Assembly: GCA_023920165.1 (NCBI GenBank)
Contig: CP089277.1
Span: 2,356,001-2,420,000 of the forward strand
DNA length: 64,000 bases
Source of the DNA: Curvularia clavata
Taxonomy: Eukaryota
Direction of reading: 5' to 3'
Under the pieces are notes generated by a model that had not been told where the DNA came from, did not search any database, and was given only the letters and a program-made list of their open reading frames with translations. The position numbers and the translations under genes were made by a program. Of the stretch, positions 9,532 to 26,460 are shown in pieces (the stretch's first letter is position 1; each line of letters begins with the position of its first letter).

Positions 9532-11159
9532 ATGTCCTTGCCGTTCAACCAAGAATCATGGATCTGGTATACATGCGCGGTTTGCATGATTGGGGCCAGG
9601 GTGTAAGTGGACTTTTCCGTCCGAAGACTGCAAGCAATTATGCTACGGTCAACAGATGAAGTTTTCGGCGTAGGAAATGAAAGAGCTCGGCATATTGGAC
9701 TCGGGATGATTGGGGTGCCTGTCTTGTACAACCCCCGGTCATTCCAGCATGTCTTGACCCACTCGGTCACCTACGCAGCGGGATTGCCGGACAGGCTATA
9801 TTTTAAGCGCAACTTGCATTGCACGTGACAATACCGAGAATGCCTTTGCTGACTATCTGCGCGTTACACAGCATCTCCCGGAAAATGCTATTCCGATCAA
9901 TCAAGGGCCTCCAGATTGATGACTGGATCATGGGTCTCTTTGTCACAGCCGCTTACACAGTCCTGGTTGTACTCGCCAACAGGTGGCTAAAAGTCGACTC
10001 CAATCTTGAGCCACCGGGGTTCGACTTTGGAGCGCTCAGCCCGAAAGAGCTATCGAGACGGGTCTACGGAAGCAAGCTGGTAGTCGTCGTGGAACAGATG
10101 CATATTTCAGTCATCTGGGCATGCAAAGCATGTCTCCTGATCATGTACCACCGCATAACCCGGACGGCGCTTCACTACGAAAATATCGCAATCAAGATCC
10201 TGGCTGGTTACACGGCGATTGGATTTGTCATTGTGGAAGTGCTCTATTTTGCCGCTTGGTGCCAACCTTTCTCGGAATACTACACGGTACCGACTAGCTC
10301 GCTGCAGTGTATTACACTTGTGCACCATCGCATTGCAAAAGCTGTGTTTAGCATCTCCTCGGACTTGATTATGCTTTTAATAGCACTCCAGATGCTAATT
10401 CGATCGCTGCTTCCGGTGAGGAGGAAGATTATCCTATGCGCCATCTTTTCTCTGGGACTGTTCGTGGTGGCTGCGAGCATTGCGAACTGCTACTACTCTT
10501 TTAGTGATCCCTATCAAGTGACATGGATCTACTGGTACGTTCGGGAATCATCGACAGCTATCTTGGTTGCCAACCTCCCGTTTACCTGGACTATTCTGAG
10601 AGAAATGTTTGAGCTCGGACAATTCGATGAGACGAATCCTCCCCCCGCGTGGACGTACCATTCAGCTTATACGGTGGGATCTCGCAGACAGGCGCATCAG
10701 ATACACAGCCAGACCAACAGCTCGCATCGGACGTATTCTCAGAGCTATGCGAGCAGAACGACGCGAAGCATGACGCTGGTGACGTCGAATGGCGTAAAAT
10801 CGGTCAAGAGGAGCAGTCAGCCCGAAGATGTTAGGATTGATTTGGCACGCGAGCCTATCGAGCTCGACGAATTTGCTCCCGCAGTGCTGCGCGGTGCTAG
10901 CAAAGGCATCATGCAGTTCGATGTGGAAACAGGCTTAAGTGACGACACGCAACGGCCAGTCTTTCTCGATCCTATGCAGCAACGCAGCAAGTTTGTATCG
11001 ACTTTACCAACGATTACGCAAGACGGAAGTGAGAAGATCTACATCGACGAGTGTCGGATATCCACGCCATCTGTAGCGCACTTTACTCTGTCTTCCAAGC
11101 GGACGAGCGCCAATAGTGTAATGAGCCTGGTCCGAAGGCCTACCAGCCCGGTGCACTAG
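9532..11159 (+). CDS. PTH11-like (fungal rhodopsin-domain) integral membrane protein
   Basis: Exon 1 9532-9602 (MSLPFNQESWIWY...GARV) and intron 9603-9871 (GTAAGT...GCTGAC...CAG) join in frame to the 446-aa ORF. Motifs LQIDDW, IWACKACLLIMYHRI, CQPFSEYY, SDLIMLLI and RESSTAILVANLP; about 7 TM segments. Confidence 0.85.
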
Positions 11160-12006
11160 TGTGAAAGTTAATCCTACGAAGAGAGAAACATGCGTTTTTT
11201 TGGGGAAATGCGTGACTGAATGAAGATGAAGATGATTTTCTTTGTGGTGGCGTTTGAGAGATACCCCTTTTTGTAGTGTAATGTGTAGTCTTGGTATTGT
11301 ACTCTATTAATAAAAGAAGACTCCATGTCAGTGCCGCAACTATGCAAAAAGCAAGTCTATTATGCCGGCTACTCATGGATGTTTGCCCCTTGGCGGCCGA
11401 GTGTATGCAAGCGATGGCGGCGTGAGGGGTTCCGGATGCAGGGCCAGAAGCAAGTCACAGACTGCACTACATACATAAATATACCTAGAGCGAGACCCCG
11501 CATTGCTAGCATGCTGCAAACACATGTCTCGACCGACTCGCTGGTCTACCAAAGTCGCGCACCCCCCAGATACGCACATGGAGCAGCATACCTGTCTGGC
11601 GGCACCGGTACGGGTCACGTCATAGCCAGGCCTCGAGTTCCCCGCGCTGCAGGATTGAGCGCCCGCGCGTGACAGGCAGCCTGTCCCCCACGGCAATGAG
11701 GGCGCATATCCAAGAAGGCGACGGAGGGGTATTAGCCGTGGCAGCGGCACCACCTGCTGGTTCGAGAAGTATATAGGGCACAGCTAAGCAGGCATCGGGC
11801 TATGCGACGAGCTCATAACGGCGTGCCGTCGCCTCGGCTCTGGTTATCCCGCTAGGCGACTCCATCCATAGTCGTACTATCAGCCGAATCTCGTCGCCGT
11901 ACTTCCTATCCACAGTCGAGACCGCGGCCGGAAACCCTCGACCTCTGCACCGCGCCCTCCACCCATCTTCCCGAGGCTATCACCTTGTCCTTCCTATATT
12001 TTCGCC

Positions 12007-13650
12007 ATGAGGCCGGCACTTCCAACCCCCGCGGCTATCCGCTCTGCATCTTCAATTGCACGACTCTCTCGCCCTCAGACGTGCTCTTTTGCGACTCGCT
12101 GCTTAGCTTCTCAGACTACTGCGACATCGGCCCAGCGCTTGAGCCCACGACGAACAACTGCCAACAACACTGCCATTGCTGCGCCCGCCAGGCTATACAC
12201 ACAGCTCGGAAATTACAGGATGGCGTCCTCTGCTGCTGCCAACAAAATCAAGGTCAAGAACCCCGTCGTGGAGCTTGACGGAGATGAGATGACTAGGATC
12301 ATCTGGCAGTCCATCAAGGACAAGGTACGCCCAACATCACGGAGGAAAAAAAAGCGAACAAGCGTGCAGGTAACAGGCTGACTGAGTTTGCCAGTTCATC
12401 TACCCCTACCTCGACATTGACCTCAAGTACTACGATCTTGGTCTGGAATACCGTGACAAGACCGACGACCAGGTAACCCTCGATGCCGCCGAGGCTATCA
12501 AGAAGTACTCGGTCGGTGTCAAGTGCGCAACCATCACCCCAGATGAGCAGCGTGTCGAGGAATTCAAGCTCAAGAAGATGTGGCTGTCGCCCAACGGTAC
12601 CATCCGAAACCAATTGTAAGATCACTCGTGTCTGCAAAGCGCTGCGCTGCGAGTATTTAGCTAACAGCACCTCAGAGGAGGAACCGTCTTCCGTGCGCCC
12701 ATCGTTATCCCCACCATTCCTCGCCTGGTACCTGGATGGAAGCAGCCCATCATTATCGGCCGTCACGCTTTCGGCGACCAATACCGCGCCAAGGACCGTG
12801 TCATTCCCGGCGAGGGTACGCTTGAGATGGTCTTCACACCAAAGGGCGGCAAGCCAGAGGTCATCAAGGTCTACGACTTCCCTGCTGAGGGCGGTGTCGC
12901 GCAGACCCAGTACAACACCACCGAGTCCATCTCCGGTTTCGCACATGCCTCGTTCAAGATGGCGCTCGACAGGAAGATGCCTCTGTACATGAGCACCAAG
13001 AACACCATTCTCAAGGCCTACGACGGAAAGTTCAAGGATGTCTTCCAGGCCATCTACGATAGCCAGTACAAGAAGGACTTTGAGGCTGCCAACATCTGGT
13101 ACGAGCACCGTCTGATTGACGACATGGTCGCCCAAATGATTAAGAGCGAGGGTGGCTACGTCATTGCCATGAAGAGTACGCATTCTCCCCTGTGTTTTCC
13201 TAGCTGTCTACTGACAAAACACCAGACTACGACGGAGATGTCCAGTCCGATATTGTCGCTCAAGGTTTCGGCTCTCTAGGTCTCATGACCTCTACTCTCA
13301 TCACCCCAGACGGAAAGACATTCGAGGCCGAGGCTGCCCACGGAACCGTCACCCGCCACTACCGCGAGCACCAAAAGGGCAAGGAGACCTCTACCAACCC
13401 CATTGCTTCCATCTTTGCCTGGACCCAAGGTCTTGCCAAGCGTGGTGAGCTTGACAACACCCCTGAACTTGTTGTCTTTGCCGAGACACTCGAGAAGGCT
13501 TGCATCGACACTGTCGATGTAGACAAGATCATGACCAAGGATCTTGCGCTAGCATGTGGAAAGAAGGACAGGGCCAGCTGGGTTACTACTAACGAGTACC
13601 TGGATGCTGTAGAGAGGAGGCTCAAGTCGAGTCTGAAGGAGAAGCTATGA
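12007..13650 (+). CDS. IDP1: NADP-dependent isocitrate dehydrogenase
   Basis: Motifs [47 protein letters not shown] and [12 protein letters not shown]. Introns 12325-12394, 12616-12675 and 13176-13225 restore the frame. Confidence 0.96.
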
Positions 13651-14015
13651 GTGCAGGGACGAGGCTGAAATCTAAAAGAAACAAAATTATCATGGTTGAG
13701 AGATCGCCCTATATATCCGACAGCTAGCCTGTATAGATAGGTAAATGCTTATTCCCACGTTCGTAGAAATGGCACACACTAGTGGCTATAGGTGTTTTGT
13801 TTTGCCAGCGCCCAATCAATAGCTCGTGCATGGCGTTCTGCGTACACGGTGACGTGAACGGCAGGTGGGCCATTTGTTTGCTTGTTGCACAGACTGATCC
13901 AAAACAATCGCTGCACTCGTCTTCTGGACCCCGGTTCTCTTCAATTGCTCAAGAGTCGCATTTGGGCCCATCCAACCACTGCTTATTCGAGCTCACGGGA
14001 CAAACGCATGCCACG

Positions 14016-16718
14016 ATGGTACCTTTCACCGACTTGAGCGTCGAAACTGGGTGCATCTCAACGGATGCCGCTATGGCCTCAATGCCAGCTCCAACCATCA
14101 AGGTCGCACCAGTCGCAGATGAGAACACAGACCCCTCGAGTACGACAAACAGTGCACGCTTTCCGCTTCAAAAGAGCTCTCGCCCTGCCGCCCTGAAGTC
14201 GAGGGCGTCCCCAGGTCGCCAACGGTTCCTCCGCGAAACAAAAATGTCGTTGATGACATCGTCGCCTCGCACACCCACCAGAGGGCAAACGACTGCGCGA
14301 GCACGAGGGACCCCGTCATCAGCCAAGTTGGAAATAGGTAGGGATTCCTTCTACTTTTCCATGGACCTTCCGCCTAGTAAGATCACGCCCAAGAAGGGCA
14401 CAACCCCCAAGAAGCAGAGTCCCGCGAGGGCAGCATGCAGTACGCCAACAAACACAGCAAAGTCAGACTTGAAAAGTAGGATCCCGACGAAGCAGACACC
14501 TAGTCCTCGCAAAAACCGTAAATCGATCCAGGAGAGTCCCAACAAGGTGTTTTCACCGACTCCGACAAAGAAGGATAGACCCGACGCGTCCAACGATTTT
14601 CGGCCTTGCAGCCCAGTCAAGCGCGCGATTGAGCTGGACTCGCCTTCTAAGCCAGTCAATCTAAATTTTGAGTTCGCAGGAAAGCTTGTGCCACGTCCTG
14701 AATTTGCAGCTGAGACACATTTGGGTTGTGTGGCGGATATGATGAAGGAGGATGATTACGATACCGACGCGATACCAGGCACCCATCCCATTCCCAACCC
14801 TAGAGAATTTCTTGCGCCTGTCAGAAAACGACGGCCCACAGTAAAGCCGCAACCGGAGGATATCGGGCAGCTTATGGCTAAGCTCAGGGCGGAGAACGCG
14901 ACGTCGACAACACATGAATGGGTGTCTTCTTGCGCCGGCGAAGCAAAGATCTCGCCCACACCATTGCACAAGGCCTCGGAAAAGCTTCAACTAAAGGAAC
15001 CGCTTTCTTACATAAGAATCTCAAGCAATCAGGCTACATCGGCGCAGAACATAGCTGTTAGAGTCGAGTCGGAGTCGACTGTGATCGTCTGTGAACCGAG
15101 AGAAATGCAACGGCAAGAAGAAGACTGCGATACTGCGTCTCAAAAAGACCTCGGGTCTTTCCTCGATCTATACACCGTACAAAAACCAGAGACATTGCAA
15201 CATCCCACTCTGCACGATTCAGAATCCGCTTCGAATAAGAGACAAGTCGAAACACGAGTGGACTCGGGAAAACAGGTCGACTGCCAAGACACGGAAGATA
15301 CAGCGTCAGAGGCCGCAAAGGGGCTGCACTTGGACCCGAATAGAGAACCAGAAAAAGGTCTCAGTCCAAATTCACAACAGCAGGCAAATATGCAGAATTT
15401 GCAGAAGATTAAGTGCAGCTCGTTGAAGGCTGTAAGCCCGGCGTTGTCTGGACCTACTAACTTGACTGAACCACCTTCCGCACCAGATAGCGACTCCGTA
15501 ACAGGACCACAAAAGGTTAAAATTCCATGTGGAATTGGATCGCTTAGAAAAGTGAAAAGCTTCCATTACGACTCGGAATCTCTGCCAAGGGTTATGACGG
15601 GCTCTCCAAGTAGACCGACCTTGTCAAGGATGCCCAGGGCACCTGTGATGCCGCGACGTCTTCCTGGGAAACCCATGCCAGCTTTAGCAGAGAATAATCG
15701 CAACAAAGTTGAGAAACCAGGCATTGGCGTCGCAGTTCCAAGCAAGACCAAAGGGTCAAGAACAAGTCAGTCAGCGAATACAACACCATCAATCAAGCCT
15801 GCCAGACCGTCTATGCCAGCGCCGTCAACTCTTAAAAAGGTCGCCTCAACGCCGAATATACAAGCCTCTCTTAATTCCAGACACACTTCTGTCAGACCAA
15901 AGAGTTACATTCCTTCAGTCAACCCCAGCAATTCGAAAGCCTCTGCGGTTCCCACACCAAAGCAACTCCCGTTTAAACCATGCCCCAAGCCTATTACGCC
16001 TCCTTCCCACCACGAATCCAACACCAAACCTCTCCGTTCCATTCTAAAACCGACATCATACCAGAGACCCCCCATTCCACCAACCCGCCCGAAAACCTTT
16101 GACGGATCCTCCGCACTGCGCCGCCAACCCAGTGTCCCGCGCCTCACCCCCGCCCTCCCTAAACGAGGCAGTCTCGTCCCATTGATCAAAGGCTGGACCA
16201 AAACACCCGTCAAACCAACACCAGTCTTGCTAGAATCCACAACGCCAGAAGGCTCGCCACCAAACCCAAACCCAACCACTACTACCACACGACCCATCAC
16301 ACTCGCAGCGTCTCCTTCTCCCTCTCCCTCTCCCCAGCTCAATCCAAGCCACGCCCCCAGAAACCTCCCGCTACCGCCCGAACGCACACGTTCGCGCCAT
16401 GCACCACCAAGGTACCTATCACCTAACCCCAGTTTCCCCGTCGTCAAGCGCTCGCGTGCTTCGACTTCGCCCTCGCCTTCGCCTTCACTCTCACCTTCGC
16501 TCTCCCCTTCGCCATCTCCCTCCGCTGTGAGCACAGCAGATGAAGCAGGCGAAGGAGATCCCAATGCTCTCCGCACACCGAGCAAGACTATTATCCACAG
16601 TCTCGACAAGGCGATTGATGCCAAGATTGCGGAAGATGCGTTGAGAGGGCTGCTATTGTTGGAGGCGAGGGAGAAGGCAGAGTTGGAGGCCAGGGAAGAT
16701 GAGGATGTGATTTTTTGA
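14016..16718 (+). CDS. Uncharacterised Pro/Ser/Thr/Lys-rich, probably disordered protein
   Basis: About 900 uninterrupted codons; first ATG at 14016 (start uncertain). Many S/T-P-x-K motifs, (SP)n runs and a short helical acidic C-terminus. Confidence 0.75.
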   Translation: MVPFTDLSVETGCISTDAAMASMPAPTIKVAPVADENTDPSSTTNSARFPLQKSSRPAALKSRASPGRQRFLRETKMSLMTSSPRTPTRGQTTARARGTPSSAKLEIGRDSFYFSMDLPPSKITPKKGTTPKKQSPARAACSTPTNTAKSDLKSRIPTKQTPSPRKNRKSIQESPNKVFSPTPTKKDRPDASNDFRPCSPVKRAIELDSPSKPVNLNFEFAGKLVPRPEFAAETHLGCVADMMKEDDYDTDAIPGTHPIPNPREFLAPVRKRRPTVKPQPEDIGQLMAKLRAENATSTTHEWVSSCAGEAKISPTPLHKASEKLQLKEPLSYIRISSNQATSAQNIAVRVESESTVIVCEPREMQRQEEDCDTASQKDLGSFLDLYTVQKPETLQHPTLHDSESASNKRQVETRVDSGKQVDCQDTEDTASEAAKGLHLDPNREPEKGLSPNSQQQANMQNLQKIKCSSLKAVSPALSGPTNLTEPPSAPDSDSVTGPQKVKIPCGIGSLRKVKSFHYDSESLPRVMTGSPSRPTLSRMPRAPVMPRRLPGKPMPALAENNRNKVEKPGIGVAVPSKTKGSRTSQSANTTPSIKPARPSMPAPSTLKKVASTPNIQASLNSRHTSVRPKSYIPSVNPSNSKASAVPTPKQLPFKPCPKPITPPSHHESNTKPLRSILKPTSYQRPPIPPTRPKTFDGSSALRRQPSVPRLTPALPKRGSLVPLIKGWTKTPVKPTPVLLESTTPEGSPPNPNPTTTTTRPITLAASPSPSPSPQLNPSHAPRNLPLPPERTRSRHAPPRYLSPNPSFPVVKRSRASTSPSPSPSLSPSLSPSPSPSAVSTADEAGEGDPNALRTPSKTIIHSLDKAIDAKIAEDALRGLLLLEAREKAELEAREDEDVIF

Positions 16719-17175
16719 TAGGTTCTGTGAGGTATGAGGAGAGTTTGGATTGTCCATATGAACCAGCTTTGTTGTTTTCGGTTTCTGTTTTCTTCGCCTT
16801 GCAAAAAAAGGGGAAGCTAGGCCTGGCGTTCGTGTAACAGAGTGTTGAAAGCGATTTTTCTTGAGTTTATAGGTCGATGAGGTGGAAGGTGGAGGGGGAG
16901 CGATTGTGTTTGCATGTGTGTGTCAAGGACAGGACGTTCCTCTTCTCCGCATAATACCAATTCTCGTTTAGATTTTGTCATACTTAGATAGAAAAATAAT
17001 CAGGTTTAAAATTCTATACATCAATCTTGCAGGTTGTAAGAGTTTCCAGAACAGCACTTTTGCCTAGCAGGTGTTGAAACCAAGAAATTGAATGATATTC
17101 CATATATACTTTTGTCAACAAAGTTACTCGCACGCAGAACAAAACACATCAATCCACTGAGCCGTCTCATTCAGC

Positions 17176-22163
<4,988 letters not shown>

Positions 22164-24305
22164 GGCCGAGAAATTGCGGTTTGAACAAGTCCCTGCGTGG
22201 TTGGAGGCGTGACGCTATGCCTGAGCGGAGAGCTGAACTCACCGCCGCTACCGGACCTGCAGCAACGCGCGGGGCAGCCCCAAATCCTCTTCAACCGCCA
22301 CACCAAACGCTCTCACCTGGCTGAAAGAGTAGTCGCAACCCAGAAATGCCTTACACTTGACGTCAATAGTATCGTCTTTACCTTGATCAGTAATTTCTGT
22401 TGCAAATTTCCTTAGATACTCAACAGGTTACAAAAAGGTTGCTAATACTTTTAGCACAATTTATAACCACCGTGTATGCAAGGTAACTAGGTTTGGAGAA
22501 TTTGGGCAAGTTTGGTGAGTGACTCCATAGCATCGATTCTCGGGATTCAGTCGAGGTCACGCCGAGCGATTCCAACGCGCAGTCTCTCGTGCTGTCCAGG
22601 GGCAAACCAACTTCTATTTGCGACAACCACGTATTCCCTTTTCACCCACATGCGGTCTTCTTACTTACATCCATTGTTTCCCGACCGCAGTCTGTCCACG
22701 TCAGCTACGATATGGCGGAAGGCATCACAAAAGACCTTCGTGTGACTGTAAACGCTTGAGAGCGCAGAAGGCTGCTGGGGACTGTACCCATTTGTTTGTC
22801 ATCTCAAACGCGGTAAAACGCGAGAGAGTTCATCTTACCTACGTACTCTCGGAGAAGGATCAACAAGATTCCGACTGTACTGAGTGCTCGTAATCCTCTG
22901 ACGGCTCCTGAGCGTATACAGCCAATAGGCCTCCAGCGTCCATCTGATTACGCATCCAAGAATAAGCCGGGGCCTTTATGGGGCAAGGCTAGGCCATATG
23001 AAGAAGATTCTTGTGTGGTCCACAGCTGTGCGGAACTAAGCGACATTGAAGGAGATGCATTCCTGTCTCCCCGATCTCCCCTGGCAGTACACTTCAACAA
23101 CATCTCCCGCAATCACCATAAGCAAGGCCATTGAATACCCATAGGCCAAGATACACAGCCTCAACTCGAGGCTTGGCCTCCCTTTGCTTCCATTTGTCCG
23201 CCCCTTACGACATCCGTGCTTTTCTCCAAGAATGCAAGAGACAGCCCCCCAAGCATCAAAAAGCCGGGGTGAAATGCAGCGCCGGTATAGCGTACCAGTA
23301 CCAGATCTGCGAATCAGCGTCTGGCTCGACAAGTTGTCAGCATGTCAGCTTCAGCATACCAGCTGAGCCGGAGGGGCCAAGTTCGCGACGAGACATTGGC
23401 AATGCTAACGCTCGGTGACATCTTGGGGTAACGTCCAGCAGCTTTGTTGATGTCAAAATGCAACTCTTACAGTTGAAATCTTGAGATTAATATTTCCTCA
23501 CTATAGAGTACTAAGCTTTATAGTCATATCAAAGCACTGAGGTGAAGTGACTTTTTGTTCATGATAACCTCTGCCAAGGACATATACGTAGGCTAAGGAT
23601 TTGGCGCCTTGGGCTGCGGACCACGACAACATTACTGGCCATATAGCTACCTCTCCGCACGTTATATTCTTTATTTAACGAGTACGGTTAGAACAGTGTT
23701 CCAGCAGTTGTTTGGAAAACAATTTTGCTGCTCTTATCGTAGAAGCTCAAGATGAGCATGAAGCTCTGATCTCATTACAGTACCCAATTCACGAGCTTCT
23801 GTGGTCCCTTCCTCCTGATTCAAAGAGCATGGTTAGATATGAGCGGGCGGTGAAATTACCTGGTTCAAACAAGGGTTCTGATTGAGCAAGAGTGGTTGAC
23901 TCGCCGTCTTGCCCAGCACACCAAAGACCCAAGGGTTTGGCAGTCTTGGTTCAGTCTCCGTGATGCACGAGCCGACTGGTGTTCACCCTTCCAAGAGTGC
24001 GGGAAGCTTGGAAACAAAAACATACAGAATCTCCAAGCATGCCGCGTCGGGTGAACGGTTGTCGGTACTTTCGACGTATGAACGCAAAATGCGCTAGGGC
24101 CGACAACCTTGTTGGGCCAACGGCAGCATATTCACAAGATACCAAGACCGTGGCTCCCCTCGTTTCCCCATGGGGTCGGATATACCTGTCCCAAGTGATT
24201 GGGTTATAAATTTAAGACTGAGCCCAGTCCGTTGAGATTAAATTTTGCGATTGTCGCACTTCCTTCTAATTATCTCTGTCAAGTAATTTCTGCTGCATTT
24301 AGAGA

Positions 24306-26096
24306 ATGAATACACAAACACAGGGTCCAGTGCCCCATGGGCCGGACTATACCGATGAGAAAGGCTCCGATAGCTCACTAGCCCCACCCACGAAGCTTGA
24401 AGATGTTGAACGTTCCGCGGAAACGACTGAGATAGATGCAGCTACCGAGGCAAGAGTGATAAGGAAGTTGGATATGCGCATCGTGCCAATGATCTGCTGG
24501 ATCTACTTGATGAACTTTATGGATCGAGGTGTGTCATGTCTTTCTACTAACGAAGCTTTTCTAATAAGAAGTCAGTCAATATTGGAAATGCCCGTCTCTA
24601 CGGTCTGGAGGAAGATCTCGGCATCGATCCGACCAGCAATCAGTTTCAGCTTGCAGTCTCTATCTTATTCGTCACCTACGTCGTAAGTCGAAGGTCAAAC
24701 AGTAGTTTCATTCACATAAGCTCACCTCAAGCAGCTCTTTGAGACGCCCAGTAATATGATTTTAAAGAGTGAGTTCTGCACATAGCCTGCGCATTGAACA
24801 TAAGCTAATCTCTGTTTCCAACAACAGGAATGCAGCCAGCGCGTTATCTCGCAACACTCATGTTCCTTTGGGGCATAGTATCCACTTTCACCGCTTTTGT
24901 CAACAACTACGCTTCCTTGATCGCTTGCAGACTCCTCTTGGGATTGTTCGAAGCAGGACTGTTCCCTGGAGTTATACTCTACTTGTCCATGTTCTACAAC
25001 AGGAGGAACGTATCCTTCCGACAAGCTATTTTCTACGGTACTTCTGCCATAGCTGGTGGGTTGGGAGTAAGTGAACATCAACTAAGAATTTGGGAATTCC
25101 TTCTAATAGTGTCAAGGGAGTTGTCGCGTACGCTATAGGTGAGATGGACGGCAAAGCGGGATGGCGGGGTTGGAGATGGAGTAAGCTTAATATGCAGCAT
25201 TGGCTCATGATAAACGCTAATCACGTATTCCTCTAGTTATTATGATTATCGGAGCTCTGACTGTGGTAACCGCTTTGCCAGTGCCCTTTGTCCTTCCAAA
25301 CAGCCCCGAAACCGCCAAGTTCTTGACTGAAGACGACCGCCGAATTTTGCATCAACTGCGAATGAGGGAAATAGGACAAACTGTATCCGGGCAAGAACTA
25401 CAGAAAGAAGATGTCATAAAGGGCATCAAGGACTGGAAGGTATATGCCTTCGCTGTGGCTCAGTTTGTGGGACTCGGCATGCTCTACAGTTTCTCTGTTT
25501 TCCTTCCGACCATCATCAACGGGTTGGGGGGCGGCTGGACGCGCCAAGAGGTTCAAGCTCTCACGATTCCAGTGTACTTTGCTGGTTTCATAACCTACGT
25601 CACTGGAGCATACTACAGCGACAGGACACAGCAGAGAGGTCTCTTTTGCATTGCCGGGCTTGCTGTTAGCATGATTGGATACATCTTCCTCATTTCAAAC
25701 CAGGGCCTTGGTCTGAGCTTCGCAGGCTGTTTCGTCGTAGCACTAGGTTTATGGGTCGCAACCGGAATCGCCTTCTCATGGGTTGGCGTCAACAATCCTC
25801 GCTATGGAAAGCGAGCCTTTGCCAGTGGGATGCAAATCACAATCGGAAACTGTGCCGGCATTGCATCGCCATTCTTGTACAGCGGTAAAACGGCGCCAAC
25901 GTACCGGCCTGGATACGGTGCTACTATTGGTCTGCTTGCCTTGGGTATTACGATCTACACGTCATTACATCTATACTTCCGTATGAGGAACAAGAAGAAG
26001 CTCGCCGGCGAGGAAGACTGGAAAGTGGAGGGCAAGACTGAGGAAGAGATTGCTGAGATGGGAGAAGACAACCCAAGATACATGTACACGACTTAG
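24306..26096 (+). CDS. MFS transporter, anion:cation symporter (Dal5/Tna1-like) family
   Basis: Motifs RKLDMRIVP, DRVNIGNAR, ETPSN, RLLLGLFEAGLFPG, GWRW and YSDRTQQRG. Introns 24529-24575, 24683-24734, 24769-24827, 25067-25116 and 25181-25236 join in frame. TATAAA at 24205. Confidence 0.92.
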
Positions 26097-26460
26097 AGCG
26101 TGTTTGCTGAAAGAGGGTAGTGCTGCCTGTGCTTATTGTTGGGTCTGGACGTCGTAGTGTCTTAGGTAAACTCGTCTTTTGTAAGAACATAAAGAATCAA
26201 ATATTGCATTCCTGAAAGTTATGTAGCTTGTGATTCCTCACACCACTGCCTTTACATGAGCAGTGCACATGACTGTAAACTCCTCGCACTGGTGCACGTG
26301 CCCTCTCTATCCCGACTAGGACTAGCCTCCGTTGACATCATCTGGGACGCTTCCCGTTGGCTGAAAGTTCGTCGCTCGTGCAACCACAACCCGAATACAA
26401 ACTCGTTCACAGTATCTAGATATCCGCACATTCCTTACATCCTGAACTGCAAATCGCTGG

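Noticed and set aside
12314..13183. 289-aa antisense ORF over IDP
   Set aside because: Mirror of a strongly codon-biased gene; it runs through introns and has no recognisable domain.
13648..13668. Stop-codon readthrough PTS1 on IDP
   Set aside because: TGA is followed by GTG rather than the CTA readthrough context, and the extension VQGRG* has no PTS1.
15905..16804. 299-aa antisense ORF
   Set aside because: Gly/Glu-rich shadow of the Pro/Ser-rich sense ORF.
22400..24200. Short ORFs between ARO1 and the first MFS gene
   Set aside because: No recognisable motifs, consistent splice chain or coding bias.
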